From: the human T2T-CHM13v2.0 reference genome, Homo sapiens
Reading direction: 5' to 3' (one strand)
Length of the DNA: 64,000 nt
Assembly (NCBI RefSeq): GCF_009914755.1
Contig: NC_060930.1
Shown here: positions 1 through 8,668 of the stretch, piece by piece
Layout of the letters: each line of letters opens with the position of its first letter
Numbering within the stretch: the first letter of the stretch is position 1
Translations under genes and position numbers: made by a program
The notes under the pieces: model-generated
The model's input: the letters and a program-made list of their open reading frames with translations, nothing else
Told to the model about the DNA's origin: nothing
Database searches by the model: none

Positions 1-155
1 AATAACTTCACCTAAAACCTAGACAGAAGCAATCTCAGAAACTACTTTGTGATGTGTACATTCAACTCACAGAGTGGAACTTTCCTCTTTATAGAGCAGT
101 GTTGAAACACTCTTTTTGTAGAAACTGCAAGTGGATATTTGGACCTCTTTGAGGC

Positions 156-172
156 CTTCGTTGGAAACGGGA
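156..172 (+). other. CENP-B box (m1), repeated in every unit
   Basis: Exact CTTCGTTGGAAACGGGA. Confidence 0.97.
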
Positions 173-495
173 TTTCTTCCTATAACCCTAGACAGAAGAA
201 TTTTCAGAAACCTCATTGTGATGTGTCCGTTCATCTCACAGAGTGGAGTCTTCCGTTTGATAGAGAAGTTTTGAAACCCTGTTCTTGTAGGATTTCCAAG
301 TGGATATTTAGACCACTTTGAAGCCTATGATAGAAAAGGAAACATCTTCATGGAAAACATAGATAGAATCATCCTCAGAAACAACTTTGTGATGTGTGCG
401 TTGAACTCACCGTCTTTAACCTTTCTTTTGGTAGAGAAGTTTTGAAACACTCTCTTTGTAAAGTCTACAAGTGGATATTTTGAGCCCTTGGAGGC

Positions 496-512
496 ATTCT
501 TTGGAAAAGGGA
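496..512 (+). other. Degenerate CENP-B box (m3), predicted non-binding
   Basis: ATTCTTTGGAAAAGGGA: both essential CpGs of NTTCGNNNNANNCGGGN are lost. Confidence 0.85.
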
Positions 513-666
513 ATGTCTTCACATAAAAGGCAGACGGAAGTGTTCTCAGAAACTGCTTTGTGATGTCTGTGTTCAACTCACAGAGTTTAACATTTCCTTT
601 GATAGAGCGGTTTAGTAACCCTCTCTTTGTAGAATTTGGAAGTGTATACTAAGAGCGCTTTGAGGC

Positions 667-683
667 CTATGGTAGAAAAGGAA
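667..683 (+). other. pJalpha-type box of an A-type monomer (representative; nine A-type monomers per 18-mer)
   Basis: CTATGGTAGAAAAGGAA sits at the position homologous to the CENP-B box and is close to the pJalpha consensus CTAYGGTGRAAAAGGAA. Confidence 0.75.
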
Positions 684-837
684 ATATCTTTCCATAAAAG
701 CTAGACAGAAGCAATCTCAGAAACTCCTCTGTGATGTCTGCATTCAACTCACCGAGTGGAACATTCCTCTTGATAGAGCAGTTTGGAAACACTCTTTCTG
801 TAGAATCAGCTTGTTTGTATTTGGACCTCCTTGAGGC

Positions 838-854
838 CTTCGTTGGAAACGGGT
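838..854 (+). other. CENP-B box (m5)
   Basis: CTTCGTTGGAAACGGGT: all nine essential bases are present and only the non-essential last base differs. Confidence 0.93.
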
Positions 855-1177
855 TTTCATCTTATAAACCCAGACAGAAGAATTCTCAGAGTCTTCTTTG
901 TGATGTGTGCTTTCAACTCACCGAGATAAAGATTTCTCTTGATAGAGCAATTTGGAAACACTCTTTTTGTAGAATTTGCAAGGGTACATTGAGAGCGCTT
1001 TCAGGCCTATGGTAGAAAAGGGAATATCTTTCCATAAAAGGTAGACAGAAGCAATCTCAGAAACTACTTTGTGATGTGTGCATTCAACTCACCGAGTGCA
1101 ACGTTCCTCTTGACCGAGCAGTTTGGAAACATTGTTTCTGTAGAATCTGCAAGTGGATATTTGGACCTCTTTGAGAC

Positions 1178-1194
1178 CTTCGTTGGAAACGGGA
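1178..1194 (+). other. CENP-B box (m7)
   Basis: Exact CTTCGTTGGAAACGGGA. Confidence 0.96.
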
Positions 1195-1266
1195 TTTCTT
1201 CCTATAAACCCAGACAGAAGAATTCTCAGAGACTTCTTTGTGATGTGTGAATTCAACTCACAGTGT

Positions 1267-1272
1267 GGATCC
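1267..1272. other. Single BamHI site per HOR, defining the classical ~3-kb repeat fragment
   Basis: GGATCC within CAGTGTGGATCCTTCC, seen once per unit. Predicts fragments of 3,057, 2,551 and 3,060 bp. Confidence 0.85.
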
Positions 1273-1517
1273 TTCCTTTTGATAGAGCAGTTTTGAAACC
1301 CTGTTTTTGTAGTATTTCCAAGCGGATATTTGGAACGCCTTGAAGCGTATGGTAGAAAAGGAAATATCTTCCCATAAAACCTAGACAGAACCAATCTCAG
1401 AAACGACTTTGTGATGTCTGCATTCAAGTCACAGAGTTGAACATTTCTCTTGATAGAGCAGTTTTGAAACCCTCTTTCTGAAGGATCTGCAAGTGGATAT
1501 TTGGAACTCCTTTGGGT

Positions 1518-1534
1518 CTTCGTTGGAAACGGGA
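1518..1534 (+). other. CENP-B box (m9)
   Basis: Exact CTTCGTTGGAAACGGGA. Confidence 0.96.
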
Positions 1535-1854
1535 TTTCTTCGTATAAATCTAGACAGAAGAATTCTCCAAAACTTCTTTGGTTGTGTGCATTCAAGTCAC
1601 AGAGTGGAACCTTCCTTTGGATAGAGCAGTTTGAAACGCCGTGGTTGTAGTATTTCCAAGCGGATATTAGAGCGCCTTGAGGCCTATGGTAGAAAAGGAA
1701 ATATCTTCCCATAAAACCTAGACGGAAGCAATCTCAGAAACTACTGTGTGATGGCTGCATTCCACACACACGGTGGAACATTTCTCTTGATAGAGCAGTT
1801 TTGAAACACTCTTTCTGTAGAATCTGCAAGTGGATAATTGGACCGCCTTGAGGC

Positions 1855-1871
1855 CTTCGTTGGAAACGGGA
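1855..1871 (+). other. CENP-B box (m11), absent from 15-mers
   Basis: Exact CTTCGTTGGAAACGGGA. Confidence 0.96.
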
Positions 1872-2023
1872 TTTCTTCATGTTACTCTAGATAGAAGAAT
1901 TCTCAAACACTGCTATGTGATGTTTGCATTCAAGTCACAGAGTGCAACATTCCTCTTGGTAGAGCAGTTGGGAAACACTCCTTTTGTAGAATCTGCAATG
2001 GGATATTTGGACTTCTTTGAGGC

Positions 2024-2040
2024 CTTCGTTGGAAACGGGA
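2024..2040 (+). other. CENP-B box (m12), absent from 15-mers
   Basis: Exact CTTCGTTGGAAACGGGA, only 169 bp after the m11 box. Confidence 0.96.
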
Positions 2041-2363
2041 TTTCTTCGTATGAATCTAGACAGAAGAATTCTCAGAAACTTCCTTGTGATGTGTGCATTC
2101 AACTCAGCGAGTGGCACCTTCCTTTGGATACAGCAGTTTTGAAACACTGTTTTTGTAGTATTTCCAAGCGGATATTTAGAGCGCCTTGAAGCCTATGCTA
2201 GAAATGGAAATATCTCCCCATAAAACCAAGACGGAAGCAATCTCAGAAACTAATGTGTGATGGCTGCATTCCACACACACGGTGGACCATTTCTCTTGAT
2301 AGAGCAGTTTTGAAACACTCTTTCTGTAGAATCTGCAAGTGGATAATTGGACCTCCGAGAGGC

Positions 2364-2380
2364 CTTCGTTGGAAACGGGA
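2364..2380 (+). other. CENP-B box (m14)
   Basis: Exact CTTCGTTGGAAACGGGA. Confidence 0.96.
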
Positions 2381-2702
2381 TTTCTTCATCTAAACCTACA
2401 GAGAAGAATTCTCAGTAACTTCTTCGGATGTGTGCATTCGACGCACAGAATGGAACATTCCCTTTGATAGAGCAGTTTTGAGACACCGTTTTTGTAGAAT
2501 TCCCAAGTGGATATTTAGAGCACTTTGAAGTCTCTGCTAGAAAAGGAAACATCTTCATGTAAAAAGTAGATAGAATCGTTCTCAGAAAGTGCTTAGTGAC
2601 GTGTGCGTTCAACTCACAGAGTTTAACGTTTCTTTTGATAGAGCGTTTCTGAAACACCCTTCTTGTAGTAGCTGCAAGTGGATATTTGGACCTATTGGAG
2701 GC

Positions 2703-2719
2703 CTTCTTTGGAAATGGGA
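2703..2719 (+). other. Degenerate CENP-B box (m16), predicted non-binding
   Basis: CTTCTTTGGAAATGGGA: both CpGs are lost (G>T and C>T). Confidence 0.85.
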
Positions 2720-3057
2720 TTTCTTCATGTAACTCTAGATTGAAGAGTTCTCAGAAACTCCTTTGTGATGTGTGCATTCAATTCAAAGAGTGAAACCTCC
2801 CTTTTCACAGAGCAGTTTTGAAACACTGTTTTTGTAGGATTTCCAAGGGGATATTTATAGCGCATTGAGCCTACGGCGGAAAAAGAAACATCTTCCTATA
2901 AAAACTAGACAGAATACTTCTCAGAATCTGCTTTGCGATGTGTGCGTTCAACTCACAGAGTAAAACTTTTCTTTTGATAGAGCAGTTTTGAAACACTCTT
3001 TTTGTAGTATTTGCATGTGTATATTTAGAGCGCATTGAAGCCCACAGTAGAAAAGGA

Positions 3058-5608
3058 AATAACTTCACCTAAAACCTAGACAGAAGCAATCTCAGAAACT
3101 ACTTTGTGATGTGTACATTCAACTCACAGAGTGGAACTTTCCTCTTTATAGAGCAGTGTTGAAACACTCTTTTTGTAGAAACTGCAAGTGGATATTTGGA
3201 CCTCTTTGAGGCCTTCGTTGGAAACGGGATTTCTTCCTATAACCCTAGACAGAAGAATTTTCAGAAACCTCATTGTGATGTGTGCGTTCATCTCACAGAG
3301 TGGAGTCTTCCGTTTGATAGAGAAGTTTTGAAACCCTGTTCTTGTAGGATTTCCAAGTGGATATTTAGACCACTTTGAAGCCTATGATAGAAAAGGAAAC
3401 ATCTTCATGGAAAACATAGATAGAATCATCCTCAGAAACAACTTTGTGATGTGTGCGTTGAACTCACCGTCTTTAACCTTTCTTTTGGTAGAGAAGTTTT
3501 GAAACACTCTCTTTGTAAAGTCTACAAGTGGATATTTTGAGCCCTTGGAGGCATTCTTTGGAAAAGGGAATGTCTTCACATAAAAGGCAGACGGAAGTGT
3601 TCTCAGAAACTGCTTTGTGATGTCTGTGTTCAACTCACAGAGTTTAACATTTCCTTTGATAGAGCGGTTTAGTAACCCTCTCTTTGTAGAATTTGGAAGT
3701 GTATACTAAGAGCGCTTTGAGGCCTATGGTAGAAAAGGAAATATCTTTCCATAAAAGCTAGACAGAAGCAATCTCAGAAACTCCTTTGTGATGTCTGCAT
3801 TCAACTCACCGAGTGGAACATTCCTCTTGAGAGAGCAGTTTGGAAACACTCTTTCTGTAGAATCAGCTTGTTTGTATTTGGACCTCCTTGAGGCCTTCGT
3901 TGGAAACGGGTTTTCATCTTATAAACCCAGACAGAAGAATTCTCAGAGTCTTCTTTGTGATGTGTGCTTTCAACTCACCGAGATAAAGATTTCTCTTGAT
4001 AGAGCAATTTGGAAACACTCTTTTTGTAGAATTTGCAAGGGTACATTGAGAGCGCTTTCAGGCCTATGGTAGAAAAGGGAATATCTTTCCATAAAAGGTA
4101 GACAGAAGCAATCTCAGAAACTACTTTGTGATGTGTGCATTCAACTCACCGAGTGCAACGTTCCTCTTGACCGAGCAGTTTGGAAACATTGTTTCTGTAG
4201 AATCTGCAAGTGGATATTTGGACCTCTTTGAGGCCTTCGTTGGAAACGGGATTTCTTCCTATAAACCCAGACAGAAGAATTCTCAGAGACTTCTTTGTGA
4301 TGTGTGAATTCAACTCACAGTGTGGATCCTTCCTTTTGATAGAGCAGTTTTGAAACCCTGTTTTTGTAGTATTTCCAAGCGGATATTTGGAACGCCTTGA
4401 AGCGTATGGTAGAAAAGGAAATATCTTCCCATAAAACCTAGACAGAACCAATCTCAGAAACGACTTTGTGATGTCTGCATTCAAGTCACAGAGTTGAACA
4501 TTTCTCTTGATAGAGCAGTTTTGAAACCCTCTTTCTGAAGGATCTGCAAGTGGATATTTGGAACTCCTTTGGGTCTTCGTTGGAAACGGGATTTCTTCGT
4601 ATAAATCTAGACAGAAGAATTCTCAGAAACTTCCTTGTGATGTGTGCATTCAACTCAGCGAGTGGCACCTTCCTTTGGATACAGCAGTTTTGAAACACTG
4701 TTTTTGTAGTATTTCCAAGCGGATATTTAGAGCGCCTTGAAGCCTATGCTAGAAATGGAAATATCTCCCCATAAAACCAAGACAGAAGCAATCTCAGAAA
4801 CTAATGTGTGATGGCTGCATTCCACACACACGGTGGAACATTTCTCTTGATAGAGCAGTTTTGAAACACTCTTTCTGTAGAATCTGCAAGTGGATAATTG
4901 GACCTCCTAGAGGCCTTCGTTGGAAACGGGATTTCTTCATCTAAACCTACAGAGAAGTATTCTCAGTAACTTCTTCGGATGTGTGCATTCGACGCACAGA
5001 ATGGAACATTCCCTTTGATAGAGCAGTTTTGAGACACCGTTTTTGTAGAATTCCCAAGTGGATATTTAGAGCACTTTGAAGTCTCTGCTAGAAAAGGAAA
5101 CATCTTCATGTAAAAAGTAGATAGAATCGTTCTCAGAAAGTGCTTAGTGTCGTGTGCGTTCAACTCACAGAGTTTAACGTTTCTTTTGATAGAGCGTTTC
5201 TGAAACACCCTTCTTGTAGTAGCTGCAAGTGGATATTTGGACCTATTGGAGGCCTTCTTTGGAAATGGGATTTCTTCATGTAACTCTAGATTGAAGAGTT
5301 CTCAGAAACTCCTTTGTGATGTGTGCATTCAATTCAAAGAGTGAAACCTCCCTTTTCACAGAGCAGTTTTGAAACACTGTTTTTGTAGGATTTCCAAGGG
5401 GATATTTATAGCGCATTGAGCCTACGGCGGAAAAAGAAACATCTTCCTATAAAAACTAGACAGAATACTTCTCAGAATCTGCTTTGCGATGTGTGCGTTC
5501 AACTCACAGAGTAAAACTTTTCTTTTGATAGAGCAGTTTTGAAACACTCTTTTTGTAGTATTTGCATGTGTATATTTAGAGCGCATTGAAGCCCACAGTA
5601 GAAAAGGA
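3058..5608 (+). repeat. U2: 15-mer HOR variant (2,551 bp; 506-bp, three-monomer deletion)
   Basis: ORF anchors 3196 and 5747 are 2,551 bp apart. The sequence runs CGTATAAATCTAGACAGAAGAATTCTC directly into AGAAACTTCCTTG at 4625, skipping canonical 1568-2073. Confidence 0.96.
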
Positions 5609-8600
5609 AATAACTTCACCTAAAACCTAGACAGAAGCAATCTCAGAAACTACTTTGTGATGTGTACATTCAACTCACAGAGTGGAACTTTCCTCTTTAT
5701 AGAGCAGTGTTGAAACACTCTTTTTGTAGAAACTGCAAGTGGATATTTGGACCTCTTTGAGGCCTTCGTTGGAAACGGGATTTCTTCCTATAACCCTAGA
5801 CAGAAGAATTTTCAGAAACCTCATTGTGATGTGTGCGTTCATCTCACAGAGTGGAGTCTTCCGTTTGATAGAGAAGTTTTGAAACCCTGTTCTTGTAGGA
5901 TTTCCAAGTGGATATTTAGACCACTTTGAAGCCTATGATAGAAAAGGAAACATCTTCATGGAAAACATAGATAGAATCATCCTCAGAAACAACTTTGTGA
6001 TGTGTGCGTTGAACTCACCGTCTTTAACCTTTCTTTTGGTAGAGAAGTTTTGAAACACTCTCTTTGTAAAGTCTACAAGTGGATATTTTGAGCCCTTGGA
6101 GGCATTCTTTGGAAAAGGGAATGTCTTCACATAAAAGGCAGACGGAAGTGTTCTCAGAAACTGCTTTGTGATGTCTGTGTTCAACTCACAGAGTTTAACA
6201 TTTCCTTTGATAGAGCGGTTTAGTAACCCTCTCTTTGTAGAATTTGGAAGTGTATACTAAGAGCGCTTTGAGGCCTATGGTAGAAAAGGAAATATCTTTC
6301 CATAAAAGCTAGACAGAAGCAATCTCAGAAACTCCTTTGTGATGTCTGCATTCAACTCACCGAGTGGAACATTCCTCTTGATAGAGCAGTTTGGAAACAC
6401 TCTTTCTGTAGAATCAGCTTGTTTGTATTTGGACCTCCTTGAGGCCTTCGTTGGAAACGGGTTTTCATCTTATAAACCCAGACAGAAGAATTCTCAGAGT
6501 CTTCTTTGTGATGTGTGCTTTCAACTCACCGAGATAAAGATTTCTCTTGATAGAGCAATTTGGAAACACTCTTTTTGTAGAATTTGCAAGGGTACATTGA
6601 GAGCGCTTTCAGGCCTATGGTAGAAAAGGGAATATCTTTCCATAAAAGGTAGACAGAAGCAATCTCAGAAACTACTTTGTGATGTGTGCATTCAACTCAC
6701 CGAGTGCAACGTTCCTCTTGACCGAGCAGTTTGGAAACATTGTTTCTGTAGAATCTGCAAGTGGATATTTGGACCTCTTTGAGGCCTTCGTTGGAAACGG
6801 GATTTCTTCCTATAAACCCAGACAGAAGAATTCTCAGAGACTTCTTTGTGATGTGTGAATTCAACTCACAGTGTGGATCCTTCCTTTTGATAGAGCAGTT
6901 TTGAAACCCTGTTTTTGTAGTATTTCCAAGCGGATATTTGGAACGCCTTGAAGCGTATGGTAGAAAAGGAAATATCTTCCCATAAAACCTAGACAGAACC
7001 AATCTCAGAAACGACTTTGTGATGTCTGCATTCAAGTCACAGAGTTGAACATTTCTCTTGATAGAGCAGTTTTGAAACCCTCTTTCTGAAGGATCTGCAA
7101 GTGGATATTTGGAACTCCTTTGGGTCTTCGTTGGAAACGGGATTTCTTCGTATAAATCTAGACAGAAGAATTCTCAGAAACTTCCTTGTGATGTGTGCAT
7201 TCAACTCAGCGAGTGGCACCTTCCTTTGGATACAGCAGTTTTGAAACACTGTTTTTGTAGTATTTCCAAGCGGATATTTAGAGCGCCTTGAAGCCTATGC
7301 TAGAAATGGAAATATCTCCCCATAAAACCAAGACAGAAGCAATCTCAGAAACTAATGTGTGATGGCTGCATTCCACACACACGGTGGACCATTTCTCTTG
7401 ATAGAGCAGTTTTGAAACACTCTTTCTGTAGAATCTGCAAGTGGATAATTGGACCGCCTTGAGGCCTTCGTTGGAAACGGGATTTCTTCATGTTACTCTA
7501 GATAGAAGAATTCTCAAACACTGCTATGTGATGTTTGCATTCAAGTCACAGAGTGCAACATTCGTCTTGGTAGAGCAGTTGGGAAACACTCCTTTTGTAG
7601 AATCTGCAATGGGATATTTGGACTTCTTTGAGGCCTTCGTTGGAAACGGGATTTCTTCGTATGAATCTAGACAGAAGAATTCTCAGAAACTTCCTTGTGA
7701 TGTGTGCATTCAACTCAGCGAGTGGCACCTTCCTTTGGATACAGCAGTTTTGAAACACTGTTTTTGTAGTATTTCCAAGCGGATATTTAGAGCGCCTTGA
7801 AGCCTATGCTAGAAATGGAAATATCTCCCCATAAAACCAAGACGGAAGCAATCTCAGAAACTAATGTGTGATGGCTGCATTCCACACACACGGTGGACCA
7901 TTTCTCTTGATAGAGCAGTTTTGAAACACTCTTTCTGTAGAATCTGCAAGTGGATAATTGGACCTCCTAGAGGCCTTCGTTGGAAACGGGATTTCTTCAT
8001 CTAAACCTACAGAGAAGAATTCTCAGTAACTTCTTCGGATGTGTGCATTCGACGCACAGAATGGAACATTCCCTTTGATAGAGCAGTTTTGAGACACCGT
8101 TTTTGTAGAATTCCCAAGTGGATATTTAGAGCACTTTGAAGTCTCTGCTAGAAAAGGAAACATCTTCATGTAAAAAGTAGATAGAATCGTTCTCAGAAAG
8201 TGCTTAGTGACGTGTGCGTTCAACTCACAGAGTTTAACGTTTCTTTTGATAGAGCGTTTCTGAAACACCCTTCTTGTAGTAGCTGCAAGTGGATATTTGG
8301 ACCTATTGGAGGCCTTCTTTGGAAATGGGATTTCTTCATGTAACTCTAGATTGAAGAGTTCTCAGAAACTCCTTTGTGATGTGTGCATTCAATTCAAAGA
8401 GTGAAACCTCCCTTTTCACAGAGCAGTTTTGAAACACTGTTTTTGTAGGATTTCCAAGGGGATATTTATAGCGCATTGAGCCTACGGCGGAAAAAGAAAC
8501 ATCTTCCTATAAAAACTAGACAGAATACTTCTCAGAATCTGCTTTGCGATGTGTGCGTTCAACTCACAGAGTAAAACTTTTCTTTTGATAGAGCAGTTTT

Positions 8601-8668
8601 GAAACACTCTTTTTGTAGTATTTGCATGTGTATATTTAGAGCGCATTGAAGCCCACAGTAGAAAAGGA
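5609..8668 (+). repeat. U3: chimeric 18-monomer HOR variant (3,060 bp)
   Basis: ORF anchors 5747 and 8807 are 3,060 bp apart. It has the 15-mer junction at 7155-7175, then switches back 509 bp within 7390-7455, so m13 occurs twice and m10 is absent. Confidence 0.93.

Larger units (their letters stand above)
1..3057 (+). repeat. U1: canonical 18-mer HOR (3,057 bp)
   Basis: AATAACTTCACCTAAAACC at 1 recurs at 3058. Box positions: B156, A~326, b*496, A667, B838, A~1007, B1178, A~1347, B1518, A~1685, B1855, B2024, A~2194, B2364, A~2534, b*2703, A~2872, A~3043 (B = intact CENP-B box, b* = degenerate, A = pJalpha-type). Confidence 0.97.

Noticed and set aside
1762-1771. CCACACACAC short CA run (also ~2271-2280)
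   Set aside because: Only about four repeat units and invariant in length across copies. It is a fixed monomer variant, not a microsatellite.
1-5608. U1+U2 also total 5,608 bp, the same as the right-hand super-repeat
   Set aside because: Any 18-mer plus 15-mer gives this length. U2 lacks the U19/U21-specific alleles and U1 differs from U20, so it is not a copy of that block.
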